53,734 nucleotides of DNA from the IMG/VR virus record IMGVR_UViG_3300037245_000991, positions 1 to 53,734 of that record. One strand, written 5' to 3'. This document shows, piece after piece, positions 27,327 to 36,919 of the stretch. Under the pieces are notes generated by a model that ran no database searches, was not told where the DNA came from, and saw only the letters and a list, made by a program, of their open reading frames with translations. The number at the start of each line of letters is the position of its first letter. Positions within the stretch are counted from its first letter, which is position 1. Position numbers and translations under genes: made by a program. Source of the DNA: a virus. Taxonomy: Duplodnaviria; Caudoviricetes.

Positions 27327-29395
27327 TGACTGCCTCTACCACCTACCAAACCATCCTAGCCGAAGCGGGCTACCCAACCACAGTGTTGTGTTTGGACGCA
27401 GAGTCCTACTATACGACCGAGTACAGTCTGAGCAAGATGCCGACGATCAACTACATTACTGATCCTCGGTTTGAATCACTGGGCTGGGGATACCAGGTTC
27501 TAGGAGAGGGGCTTGGTGGTCCCGGTGAGGACACAGCAGCTTTCATTGAACCAGATGATGTCGCTCTGTATTTCGAGGGGCTCAGCGATCAGGGTGTGTG
27601 GGACAACACCACTATCCTCATTAAGCACGCCCGCTTCGACATCACGATCCTCCAACACCACTTTGGCATTGTGCCCAAGTTCATCGTTGATCTGGAAGAC
27701 CTCACCCGGCACTATGACAGTCGTATGAAGCACGATCTCAAGATACTGGCCAAATTGCACAAACTCAAACCCAAGGGCGAGACCGAGGACTTCAAGGGGT
27801 TGAGATGGGTAGACATGGATGAAGCTAAACGCAAGGCCCTCGCCGAATACACGATCACTGATGTCGAACTCGAAATGGAATTGTTCAAAATCTACCTCCC
27901 GAAACTCTCGAACCCCGCAACTGAGTTGCGTCTGGCACGCCACACGTTAGACCTCTGGCTGCACAAACGCTTCGCAGTGGACCTTGATCTCGCCTCCAAG
28001 ATCAAGGTCCAGATGCGGGGCAAGATCGCGTCGGCCATTCAGGCATCAGGCCACACCCCTAAAGAGTTGCGATCAGGGAAGTTTGTGGGCTGGCTTCAAG
28101 ATGCACTCCCTGATGGCGAGGACGTGCCGATGAAGCAAGGCAAGAAGAAAATGATCCCGGCGTTGGCGAAGGCTGATGAAGCCTGTCAGCAGTTGCTCGT
28201 CCACTCCGAACAGAAGGTTCGAGACCTCCTGATCGGTAGATTGGCAGCGAAGTCCTGGCCCACACACCTCAAACGGGTGGGCAGTTTGGTCTCGCAGCAC
28301 ATAGCCAATGGCGGATCGCTCCGGGTGCCACTCAAGTACTACGCTTGTCATACAGGGCGTTTTGGCGGGGTAGAAAAGATCAACCTCCAGAACCTCGGAG
28401 GCAGAGGCCGGGGGATCGAGAACGATTATCTGATCCAAGTGGTGAAGCAATTGATTGGTATCCCTGATGGCTACAAGCTCTGTGTAGCAGATTCAGCCCA
28501 GATCGAGGCCCGAGTCTTGGCCTGGCTTGCTGGACAACAAGACTTGCTCGACGGGTTCGCGGCTGGTGAAGATATATATTCAGAGTTCGCCAAGGGTTTG
28601 TTCCGTTGTGAAGTTCGCAAACCAACGAAAGACGATCTTCCTGATCTCGTTATCGAGTTGAAGATCAAACGTGGGTTCGGCAAGGACGCCATCCTCGGTG
28701 CTGGATATGGTATGGGTGCAACTCGGTTCTACAACAACTGTCTGGCTAACCCTGGCCTTCGACCTTTGTTTGACAGTGGGCAATATGATTTCAAGTTTGT
28801 CAAGCAGTTAATCGACTTGTATCGAAGTAAGTACTCCAAGATACCGGCGTACTGGACATCAGTGGAGAAGGTGTTCAAGCGGGTGATCCGGTTCCCACAC
28901 CTCGAAGTCAAGGTCGGATGTGTCACGTTCCGCAACGATCACGGTACGGTCGAGATCGAACTACCTTCAGGTCGGATACTCTACTACCGCCATTGTAAGA
29001 TTGACCGGAAGAACACGATTAAGTGGCATCATGGGACGTTGTGGGGTGGGTCGATCACGGAGAACATCGACCAGTCCATCAGCCGTGACCTGTTGGGGTA
29101 CTGGATTTTGAAGTGCGAGGACGCTGGGTTGCCTGTGGTGCTTCATGTCCATGACGATATTAAGACGTTGTCACCAGGTGAGTTGTTGACAGTGTGTCCT
29201 GAGTGTAGGTGCGAACGGTTGAACACAGGTGAGATCGGTCCAAATGGAAGTGGGTATATGTGTAGTGAGGAGGAGTGCAATTGGACACAGGTTGACCCTG
29301 ATCTAACTGAGCAGATGGCGATCATGCGGTCGTTGCCGGAGTGGGCGCGTGGTCTTCCGGTGGATGTTGAAGGTGGGTTGTCGAAAACGTTATAG
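27326..29395 (+). CDS. polA: DNA polymerase family A with 3'-5' exonuclease
   Basis: Exo motifs LDAES, HARFD, YTITDV; HTGRF, NLQN, motif A DSAQIEARV, motif B RGFGKDAILGAGYG, ENIDQ, motif C VHDD. Confidence 0.92.
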   Translation: MTASTTYQTILAEAGYPTTVLCLDAESYYTTEYSLSKMPTINYITDPRFESLGWGYQVLGEGLGGPGEDTAAFIEPDDVALYFEGLSDQGVWDNTTILIKHARFDITILQHHFGIVPKFIVDLEDLTRHYDSRMKHDLKILAKLHKLKPKGETEDFKGLRWVDMDEAKRKALAEYTITDVELEMELFKIYLPKLSNPATELRLARHTLDLWLHKRFAVDLDLASKIKVQMRGKIASAIQASGHTPKELRSGKFVGWLQDALPDGEDVPMKQGKKKMIPALAKADEACQQLLVHSEQKVRDLLIGRLAAKSWPTHLKRVGSLVSQHIANGGSLRVPLKYYACHTGRFGGVEKINLQNLGGRGRGIENDYLIQVVKQLIGIPDGYKLCVADSAQIEARVLAWLAGQQDLLDGFAAGEDIYSEFAKGLFRCEVRKPTKDDLPDLVIELKIKRGFGKDAILGAGYGMGATRFYNNCLANPGLRPLFDSGQYDFKFVKQLIDLYRSKYSKIPAYWTSVEKVFKRVIRFPHLEVKVGCVTFRNDHGTVEIELPSGRILYYRHCKIDRKNTIKWHHGTLWGGSITENIDQSISRDLLGYWILKCEDAGLPVVLHVHDDIKTLSPGELLTVCPECRCERLNTGEIGPNGSGYMCSEEECNWTQVDPDLTEQMAIMRSLPEWARGLPVDVEGGLSKTL

Positions 29396-29411
29396 AGTTT
29401 GGGAGGTAGAG

Positions 29412-29600
29412 ATGGCTGAGTTTTGCAATCAATGTGCAAGGAAACCAGATTTGGCACTGCCAGAAGGGGATTTCGCTGGTTTGTGTGCTGCTGCTGGTGC
29501 TGAATGGGTGTGGGTTTTGTGTGAGGGTTGTGGAGAAATGATTGTTGTAGACAACCTTGGCAACAGAGTAGATGGTGAGACTACGGAGGATACACAATGA
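29412..29600 (+). CDS. Small zinc-finger protein (MAEFCNQC...LCEGCG)
   Basis: RBS GGAGG; two CxxC pairs. Confidence 0.65.
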   Translation: MAEFCNQCARKPDLALPEGDFAGLCAAAGAEWVWVLCEGCGEMIVVDNLGNRVDGETTEDTQ

Positions 29601-29872
29601 ACCGCAGACAATTCTTCAAAACCCTCGCAGCTACCGCAGCAGGTGTCGTCGCAGTGGGTGTGGCTCCGAGGGTGGTTGTGGCGAACAGTATGGACAGGTC
29701 AGTGGTGTGGGGTGGAGCAACACGCCATCCTTCTCCAGGCAAAGGGTGTTATTGGTTATATGTTCCATATCAGGGAAAAGTGTTCAACTATTGCTGGGTT
29801 CGGACTAATGAACCTATCAAGAAGGGCCAAGCCCTCATCTGGAACCCTGATGGCACAGTGAGGGGAGCATGA
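29597..29872 (+). CDS. Twin-arginine (Tat) signal protein
   Basis: MNRRQFFKTLAATAAGVVAVGVAP. Confidence 0.7.
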   Translation: MNRRQFFKTLAATAAGVVAVGVAPRVVVANSMDRSVVWGGATRHPSPGKGCYWLYVPYQGKVFNYCWVRTNEPIKKGQALIWNPDGTVRGA

Positions 29873-30300
29873 AAACCAAAAACCAAAAACTCGCCGAGGC
29901 GCACACGCTCTACACCGCAGCCAAGGCTGGGTCTAAACCCCATCGTGGGACCAAAGACGGCAGTATCCTGACCCATCCAGTCGTGCCATGTCCTGATCTG
30001 CCGGAGAAGGAGGTGCTGAAGCAGTGCCTCGCGTGGCTTCGAGCACGCCGGGTGTTCTGTGATCGCCATGATTGTGGATCAGGGCCCGGTCATGCTCGGT
30101 ATGGGATCAAGGGGGCTGGGGACATCATTGGTGTTCTATCTACAGGCAGACATTTTGAGGTTGAGGTCAAGAAGGGTAAGGGCGGTCGGTTGAGTAAAGG
30201 TCAACAGAAGCGGATGGATGGTGTGCATTACGCAGGGGGGTATTACTTTGTAGTGCATGGGGTCAAAGAACTTGAGTTCTATTTCGAGGGGTTGATATGA
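29869..30300 (+). CDS. VRR-NUC nuclease (Holliday junction resolvase-like)
   Basis: EKEV...GAGDIIG...EVEVK...GRLSKGQ motif. Confidence 0.85.
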   Translation: MKTKNQKLAEAHTLYTAAKAGSKPHRGTKDGSILTHPVVPCPDLPEKEVLKQCLAWLRARRVFCDRHDCGSGPGHARYGIKGAGDIIGVLSTGRHFEVEVKKGKGGRLSKGQQKRMDGVHYAGGYYFVVHGVKELEFYFEGLI

Positions 30301-30506
30301 AACACTACCAAGGGAAAATAGAAGTAACAACCACGTACACCATAGGGGTAGACGCTGAAGACCCTAAACACTGGAGAAGCATTGCGTGGAGCTTAGACAT
30401 GAACGAGATCGAGGCCCAAGGATCACCAGAGAGTACCGAGATCACAGCGGTCAGTGCTTTGAATGATATAGAAGAAATACAGCGGGAGGATGAGGAAGAT
30501 GAGTGA
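30297..30506 (+). CDS. Hypothetical acidic protein
   Basis: ATGA coupling. Confidence 0.55.
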   Translation: MKHYQGKIEVTTTYTIGVDAEDPKHWRSIAWSLDMNEIEAQGSPESTEITAVSALNDIEEIQREDEEDE

Positions 30507-30658
30507 AGCATTATTTCTCATAGTTGGTATGCTGGTGGGTGGGCTACTTGTCCTAGCTTTTATGGTGTGGGGTGCCATCATCACCGGTGATCGTGCAGTT
30601 AAGCTCCGCATCTGGTCGTACAACGGCAAGGCATACGTGTTAAAGGAGGTGGAACCCA

Positions 30659-31864
30659 ATGAGTGACATAATCAAAATGAGTGCAACCAGCATCGCGTGT
30701 TTCAAGAAATGTCCATCCTTATACCACAAACGCTACATCCTGGGCCTCGCACCCATCGAGGACTCAGATGCACTGAGGGTTGGCACGAATTACCATCGCG
30801 TACAGGAGATATACGACGCCGAGCCGGGTGGGGTGTGTGAGTGTGTACACCCTGTACCAGAATTTGAGTGTCTGACGGGAACAGGTCCGCCGTGTGTCCT
30901 CTGTGAAGGCACTGGTGTCAACCCCCAAGACCCGATGGACGCCGTGGTCCGCCACCTCAACGAACGGTACTCGGTTCCACCTATGTCCAAGACCGTCGAG
31001 GAGTGGGAAACTGAGAAGATCACGATCCTCTACACCCTGATCGGATACCGCTGGTGGTACGAGCAGCAGGATGCCGACTACACGGTCGAGAGTCTGGAGC
31101 AGTCGTTCGACATCCCGCTGCTCTCGCCGACCACAGGTAAGCAGCTTAGAGGCAGACTCCGGGGTAAGATCGACCGGGTGTTCGCGTGTGGGGCCAACCG
31201 ATTCGTCCACGATTACAAGTCTACGTCCAAGGCCATCGACCCTGATTCGTCGTTCTGGTCTCACCTCACGCTGGACACGCAGACCCGGCTCTACACCTAC
31301 GCTGCTGCTCAGTTGGGTCTGGGCATGTGCGGTGTGTTGTACGACGCATGGCATAAGCCGGGGATCAAGCCGAAGAAGCTGTCGCAGGGGGATAGTAAGA
31401 AGTTCGTGGAAGGGGAAGTGGATCAGGAGACTGGGGATCGCATCCACGAGTACTGTGGAGAGGAATTTATCCTTGCTATGCACTGGCAGGGAAACAATTT
31501 ACTGAAACTTCTCGTCAACAATAAAGAAGCGGAGATCAAACCCGGAGCCAAAGAGGGCACGTTCCAGATAGGTGAGACCCCCCAGATGTACGGCGCACGT
31601 CTACTCGAAGACATCACCGAACGACCGGAGTTCTACTTCGCCCGGAAGGAAGTCGTTCACCACTCGACCAGCATCGAGGCGTTCAAACACCAGTTGGTCA
31701 GTATCTATCGCACGATTCGCCACATGACGAACACGAACAACTGGTATGAGAACGAGCATGAGTGTGAGGCAACTTATACTTGCCCATTCGTTGAGTTCTG
31801 CTATAACAATATCGAGTTGGGGCCTGATGAATGCCCTGATAATTTCACAAAGAGAGGGAGGTGA
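30659..31864 (+). CDS. PD-(D/E)XK exonuclease (RecB/Cas4-like)
   Basis: SATSI..F..CP, GTNYH, RGKIDRV...HDYKS, QTRLY and C-terminal C..CPF..FC. Confidence 0.85.
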   Translation: MSDIIKMSATSIACFKKCPSLYHKRYILGLAPIEDSDALRVGTNYHRVQEIYDAEPGGVCECVHPVPEFECLTGTGPPCVLCEGTGVNPQDPMDAVVRHLNERYSVPPMSKTVEEWETEKITILYTLIGYRWWYEQQDADYTVESLEQSFDIPLLSPTTGKQLRGRLRGKIDRVFACGANRFVHDYKSTSKAIDPDSSFWSHLTLDTQTRLYTYAAAQLGLGMCGVLYDAWHKPGIKPKKLSQGDSKKFVEGEVDQETGDRIHEYCGEEFILAMHWQGNNLLKLLVNNKEAEIKPGAKEGTFQIGETPQMYGARLLEDITERPEFYFARKEVVHHSTSIEAFKHQLVSIYRTIRHMTNTNNWYENEHECEATYTCPFVEFCYNNIELGPDECPDNFTKRGR

Positions 31865-31869
31865 GAGAG

Positions 31870-32082
31870 ATGGAAGCGTTTGAGAAGTGGAAGAGGTCAT
31901 TCTATCGTGAAAATGATCCACTACCCACTCCTTCGGCAGAAGAAAGTTGGCGAGCCTTTGGAGAGTGGCTGCTGAGTAAGAACGGGCCACTAGATGAAAG
32001 AGTACAGAACTGCGATTATGTGAGAGCAAAAATCAGACAAGAATTGGAGGAAACCGATGCCACCACGACCAACACTACCTAA
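31870..32082 (+). CDS. Small MEA-family hypothetical protein 1
   Basis: MEAFE...WRAFGEW...IRQELEE; paralog of 36432 and 36735. Confidence 0.65.
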   Translation: MEAFEKWKRSFYRENDPLPTPSAEESWRAFGEWLLSKNGPLDERVQNCDYVRAKIRQELEETDATTTNTT

Positions 32083-32911
32083 ACCCGGAGCCAACACAAC
32101 CAGACCGGGCAAAGCCCCAGCCAAAACCTTCACCATAGCCCCTTGGGACGGGTCCATGTCCGGTGAAAAGATTATCATCTACGGTGATTACGGTATGGGT
32201 AAAACTACCCTTGCGTCAATGGCCCCGAACCCGGTGTTCATTGGCCTGGATGACGGGGGCCGGAAGCTGCACAACCCCCAGACGGGTGAGTTGCTGGCCC
32301 ATATTCCCGGTGTCGATACATTCAAAGACGTTCGTGACGCCCTTGATGCCTGTCTCGACCTCGACTGTCAGACCGTCGTGATCGACACCATCACAGAGTT
32401 GGAGATACTGGCCGAACCGTACACGTTCGATACGGTTCCACTCCCCAAGAACGCTGCTCGTCGGAACCTTGAGGCATACGGTTACGGCAAGGGCCGCAAT
32501 CACATGTACGACACCATGCGGTTGCCTCTACTCAACTGCGACAAACTGATCGCGGCTGGTAAAAATGTCATCGCCATTGCCCAATTAAGTTGTAACACAC
32601 GTACTAACGACATTGGTGAAAAATACGTAAAAGAAGGACCACAGTTGTTTCACAGTGAGAAGGGTACGTCGGTCCTCAACTTGTGGTGTCGTTGGTCGGA
32701 CCACATCTTTAGAATCGCACCGCAGAACATCGTTGTCCCTGATGGCAAGAAGAAGGCTTACGGGGACGTTATCAGAGTCATCAACACAGTTGGAGGGTTG
32801 TCGTATGAAGCTAAGAGTAGAACACTGGAGGAGCCGGTGATCTCGTTTGAAACCAAGGAGGATGATTCGTTATGGGTTATGTTGTTTGGAGGTGGAGAGG
32901 ATGGCGCGTAA
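32057..32911 (+). CDS. AAA_24/Sak4-like ATPase (recombinase)
   Basis: IYGDYGMGKTT, VVIDTITEL and GYGKG motifs; sits between exonuclease and SSB. Confidence 0.85.
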   Translation: MPPRPTLPKPGANTTRPGKAPAKTFTIAPWDGSMSGEKIIIYGDYGMGKTTLASMAPNPVFIGLDDGGRKLHNPQTGELLAHIPGVDTFKDVRDALDACLDLDCQTVVIDTITELEILAEPYTFDTVPLPKNAARRNLEAYGYGKGRNHMYDTMRLPLLNCDKLIAAGKNVIAIAQLSCNTRTNDIGEKYVKEGPQLFHSEKGTSVLNLWCRWSDHIFRIAPQNIVVPDGKKKAYGDVIRVINTVGGLSYEAKSRTLEEPVISFETKEDDSLWVMLFGGGEDGA

Positions 32912-33098
32912 GTTTCAGATAGGAGACACAGTTCGGGTTGTGCCAGGGGCGTGGGCGTGTAGGGAGTTTAAGGTCGGGCATAGAGGTAAAGTGACTGGGT
33001 TTAGTCGTAATTGTTACTTTCCATATACAGTAGAACGTAAAAACGGGTTCGATTATACTTTCAACGCTCGTGAACTCAAACTAATCAAGAAAAAGTAA
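32901..33098 (+). CDS. Small SH3/KOW-like protein
   Basis: KFQIGDTVRV...GKV...ELKL. Confidence 0.6.
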   Translation: MARKFQIGDTVRVVPGAWACREFKVGHRGKVTGFSRNCYFPYTVERKNGFDYTFNARELKLIKKK

Positions 33099-33113
33099 CA
33101 GGAGACAGAAAAA

Positions 33114-33878
33114 ATGGGTTTAATCAATCAAGAAGGCTACTACAAAGGCGTGATCGTAAGTGGTGGATTCGGCGTCACCCAGAAGGGATTGCCCCAGTCA
33201 ATATGGATGCTCAAAGCATCAGAGGTCTATGATCCAGAGGGCGAAGAATACCTCCCCGCCGACAGTGAAGCAGACGAGATGACCGCATATCTGTGCATGT
33301 TCAACCATGACGGGAAAGAGAACTTCAATAATCCGAAGATCAAGAAGATCACAGGTTGGGACGGGGGAGATTTCAACGATTTGTCCGAAATGGATTTAGA
33401 AGGTGTCGAACTGTCGTTCCGAGTTGAGTATGGCAAGGGCGACTATGCTGACAGGCTTGGCGTCAACGGTGTTGACATGCCGGACGCCTCGCCAACACGC
33501 ACTGTAACCAAGCTCGACAAACCTGAGATAGACGCCCTCCAAGCTCGATTCGCTGGAGCACTGGCCAAGGGCAAGGCCCCGGTTAAGGCCGCGTCGGCGA
33601 AGGGTAAGGGCAAGGGCAAAGGGAAGGGGAAACCCACAGGCAGACCGACCGCTCTGAAGACCGAGGCGGCAGTCGTGGGCAAGTGTACGAGCCAGGAAGC
33701 ATACGATGAGTGCTTCGCCCTTAGTGGTTCAGAAGGTGGTGACGAGTTGGAAGATAAACTGAACCAAGTGTGGACAGAGGAGGCGAAGAAGGTCAACGTG
33801 GACGAGGACAAGATCACGGATGAGGAGTGGTTTGAAATCAAAGGACGTGTGAGCAAGCGGACCAGTACGGTCGGTTAA
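33114..33878 (+). CDS. Single-stranded DNA-binding protein (DUF669-like), putative
   Basis: EGYYKGVI OB-fold-type start, position after Sak4, Lys/Gly linker. Confidence 0.6.
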   Translation: MGLINQEGYYKGVIVSGGFGVTQKGLPQSIWMLKASEVYDPEGEEYLPADSEADEMTAYLCMFNHDGKENFNNPKIKKITGWDGGDFNDLSEMDLEGVELSFRVEYGKGDYADRLGVNGVDMPDASPTRTVTKLDKPEIDALQARFAGALAKGKAPVKAASAKGKGKGKGKGKPTGRPTALKTEAAVVGKCTSQEAYDECFALSGSEGGDELEDKLNQVWTEEAKKVNVDEDKITDEEWFEIKGRVSKRTSTVG

Positions 33879-33965
33879 GGGAACTTGGGTGGGGCGGTGG
33901 CTGTGAAGAAACCCGATGTACAGTCGAACGATAAATCCGCCCCACCTATTTTTGGAGTGATTGAG

Positions 33966-34115
33966 ATGGAACAATGTGAAGTATGGATAGAAGGAGTTGA
34001 AGCTAGGTGTCCCCATTGTCACACATACCACACATACTTGCATGTTGGTGATGTAGGTGACATAGTAGATTGCCGCGAGTGTAGCAAACAATTCCAACTC
34101 GGCGAACAGAGGTAA
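33966..34115 (+). CDS. Small zinc-ribbon protein
   Basis: CPHC...CREC; RBS GGAG. Confidence 0.55.
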   Translation: MEQCEVWIEGVEARCPHCHTYHTYLHVGDVGDIVDCRECSKQFQLGEQR

Positions 34116-34118
34116 CTG

Positions 34119-36413
34119 ATGCCAGACATACAAAAAACCTACTCTTTCTACGCCGCTAACACAGCCCGTTTTCCAACTCTCTACGGCATACTCGCCTCCC
34201 AACTCGGGGTGAGTCCAGAGTCCGTTGCCAAGGCCGAGGTCGGGTTCATCCCTGTTGACCACAAAGGGAATCAGGCGTGGGCATTTGCTGAACGAGACGC
34301 CAAGGGCAGCACTGTCGGCATCCATCAACGACTCGACAATGGCGGCAAGTATGCAGTCCCTGGTTCCAAGCGTGGGTTGGCCTACATGGTCAACCGAGAC
34401 ACCACACAGTATGATGGAAACTATGGATGGGAGCGAACCTCGGCAGAGTATCCGTGCCCCCTTTGTAAAGGTGAAAGTTCTGATGGATCGTTCAAACCGA
34501 GTGGGTGTCTATACCCGAGAGACGAGTACACCAATCCCAACGCTGTGATCTGTGTCCGCACATCAGCAGGGGCGTCCAAGAAAATGGACCTTGGATATCT
34601 CCACATCTTCGATCTCGCCCGGCAGAAAGCGATAACCCAGAACTACTCATTCTTGTTACCTTCTGAGTATCCAGTTCTGATCGTAGAGGGGTGGACCGAT
34701 GTTCTCGCTGCCTATGACATAGGTTTCATAGCCGTGGGCAAACCATCAGGGGGTAGCAAGAAGACCGCTTCAGACCTTATCAAACTCGTCACTGATCGTG
34801 ATGTTGTTGTCATGGGCGAGAACGACGCCGGGGCTGGTATTGCTGGAATGGAAGCCACATCCATGTCGTTGATGAACGCCTGTAAAAACCTGACTAAGCT
34901 GATGCCGCCGAAGGGAGTGAAGGACATCAGGCAGTGGGTAGAGAAGGGACTGACCCAGGAAGAATTGCTGGGTCACATCGCAGGACGGGGCCAGCGGGTG
35001 ACAGATCGCCCTCTCAACGATGACCGATCTGTGACCATAGCTGATGTCTGGATCAAGGATCACAACACACTCGACGGCAAGCGGACATTCAGTATTCACA
35101 ACGAAGAGTACGTTGGGTTCGACGGGGTGGGTTACGAGCGACTACCCAAGAATAAAGTACATGGACAGTTATATCGTGACATTGGTAGTAAGTTATACTT
35201 GGATGGGGCCGGGGTAGTCAAACCTTACAAACTGACCCGCGCCAAGGTTCAGGATATTCTGGACGCCTGCACGGCAACCTGTCTTATCAATAATGATCCA
35301 CCATGCTGGCTCTCACCGGGGAATCATCCTGATCCGTCTCGGCTGATCGTATTCCAGAACGGCATCCTCGACGTGGATAGTTACTTTGCGGGTAAGGTTC
35401 ACATGATGAACCCTGATCCTAATTTCTTCACGTTCCACAAACTGCCTTACGCTTTCGATGAAGACGCCGAGTCACCACTATGGGACGACACAGCAGCGGA
35501 CATCTTCGGATCAGAAGACAAGATACAACTGGCATCAGAGTGGTATGGTTACAACCTCGTCCCTGATATGACCTACGAGAAGCTCGTCATACTCAAGGGA
35601 CTAACTCGTGCTGGCAAAGGGACTTATGGCAACACCTTACAAGCCTTGCTCGGGTACAAACCCAACTGCTCTGTCACCACCTTCCCCCAACTTGCAGGTC
35701 AGTTCGGTCTTCAGCCATTGAAGGATGCTCTGTCTGTTGTAGTTGGTGACGCCACCTCGACTGGTAGGCCGGGGAATGAGAACGCGATACTGCTGATGAT
35801 CCTGAATATCGTTGGCCGAGATCGAGGGATCGTCAACGTCAAACACATGAACCACCTCGACATGGTCAGATTTAGTTGTCGATTCACTTTCGCCATGAAC
35901 TTCTTCCCGACGTTCCGGGACGACAGTGGGTCACTTGAAGAACGTACCATGATCCTGACGTTTAATAACTCACACGCTGGCCGAGAAGACACCACACTCA
36001 AGGACGAACTCGAACGACAGGCATTAGAAGGTAGATTGATTAACTGGGCGTTGAAGGGGCTTGAACGACTGTATCAGAATCAAGGGTTCACAGTGCCTGA
36101 CGAATCAGCGGCAGCACTACAAGCGTTCGGCGAACTCGTGTCTCCACTCGGCCACTTCTCGCGTCGGTGTATCGAGCCTGATCCGACTGGGACTGGTGTC
36201 GTTGACGACACGGCGTATGATGTTTGGAAGATATGGTGCAAGAATGAAGGACTCAAGTATGGCGGTAAGAGCGACTTCATCCACAAGCTACTGGCTATGA
36301 CCCCAGGTATGATGCAGATTCTACCGGGTGAGGTCGGGAACGCCGAGCGGATGCTGATGGGAATCAAGATGACAGAGTGGGCCGAAGCGGTCCAGAATAA
36401 GGGAACAGGTTAG
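34119..36413 (+). CDS. Primase-helicase (TOPRIM primase + D5-like SF3 helicase)
   Basis: IVEGWTD, GEND.GAG, KDIRQW; FQNGILD; Walker A GLTRAGKGT. Confidence 0.88.
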   Translation: MPDIQKTYSFYAANTARFPTLYGILASQLGVSPESVAKAEVGFIPVDHKGNQAWAFAERDAKGSTVGIHQRLDNGGKYAVPGSKRGLAYMVNRDTTQYDGNYGWERTSAEYPCPLCKGESSDGSFKPSGCLYPRDEYTNPNAVICVRTSAGASKKMDLGYLHIFDLARQKAITQNYSFLLPSEYPVLIVEGWTDVLAAYDIGFIAVGKPSGGSKKTASDLIKLVTDRDVVVMGENDAGAGIAGMEATSMSLMNACKNLTKLMPPKGVKDIRQWVEKGLTQEELLGHIAGRGQRVTDRPLNDDRSVTIADVWIKDHNTLDGKRTFSIHNEEYVGFDGVGYERLPKNKVHGQLYRDIGSKLYLDGAGVVKPYKLTRAKVQDILDACTATCLINNDPPCWLSPGNHPDPSRLIVFQNGILDVDSYFAGKVHMMNPDPNFFTFHKLPYAFDEDAESPLWDDTAADIFGSEDKIQLASEWYGYNLVPDMTYEKLVILKGLTRAGKGTYGNTLQALLGYKPNCSVTTFPQLAGQFGLQPLKDALSVVVGDATSTGRPGNENAILLMILNIVGRDRGIVNVKHMNHLDMVRFSCRFTFAMNFFPTFRDDSGSLEERTMILTFNNSHAGREDTTLKDELERQALEGRLINWALKGLERLYQNQGFTVPDESAAALQAFGELVSPLGHFSRRCIEPDPTGTGVVDDTAYDVWKIWCKNEGLKYGGKSDFIHKLLAMTPGMMQILPGEVGNAERMLMGIKMTEWAEAVQNKGTG

Positions 36414-36431
36414 GATTGGGGGTGAGTGGAG

Positions 36432-36644
36432 ATGGAAGCGTTTGAGGATTACTGTAGGTTTGCCAGTCTAAATGGAACCGATGAACAATCAGTCGATAGA
36501 AAAGAACAACGCCGAATTGGTTTTTATACTGCTTTATTGTGGATGAAGAAAGAGGTCCAACGTTTCAACCGTGAAGAAGGATACCACCTGATAGATGTTT
36601 TTAAGTTGGCCAAGGTAATCGAAAAAGAACTGGAGACACCATGA
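36432..36644 (+). CDS. Small MEA-family hypothetical protein 2
   Basis: MEAFE...ALLW...IEKELE. Confidence 0.6.
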   Translation: MEAFEDYCRFASLNGTDEQSVDRKEQRRIGFYTALLWMKKEVQRFNREEGYHLIDVFKLAKVIEKELETP

Positions 36645-36748
36645 CCCAACTCCTAGCCCTACTCGTAGGAGCCCTGATAATCTGGCGGCTCGTGGATGTT
36701 GTGAAGCGGATCAAGAAGAAATTGGAGGATAGAGATGGAAGCGTGTGA
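36641..36748 (+). CDS. 35-aa single-TM peptide
   Basis: Manual translation MTQLLALLVGALIIWRLVDVVKRIKKK...; RBS GGAG. Confidence 0.5.
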   Translation: MTQLLALLVGALIIWRLVDVVKRIKKKLEDRDGSV

Positions 36749-36902
36749 TAAACAATTTGAAGTGTATGAAGGACATGATTTACCTAAAGACCCTCTGGAT
36801 GTTTGGGAAGATGCTTGGCGAGCCGCCTTGGAGTGGGCGTTGAACTACGAAGTCCCATCAGAGATCAAAGAGCGTATCTTAGATGAATTAAAAAATACTT
36901 AG
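36735..36902 (+). CDS. Small MEA-family hypothetical protein 3 (55 aa)
   Basis: Manual translation MEACDKQFE...WRAALEW...ILDELKNT; RBS GGAGG. Confidence 0.6.
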   Translation: MEACDKQFEVYEGHDLPKDPLDVWEDAWRAALEWALNYEVPSEIKERILDELKNT

Positions 36903-36919
36903 AAACAGGAGACAGAGAA

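Noticed and set aside
29160-29300. Intein in PolA
   Set aside because: The insert is only about 35 aa and lacks intein splice motifs such as the terminal His-Asn followed by Cys/Ser/Thr.
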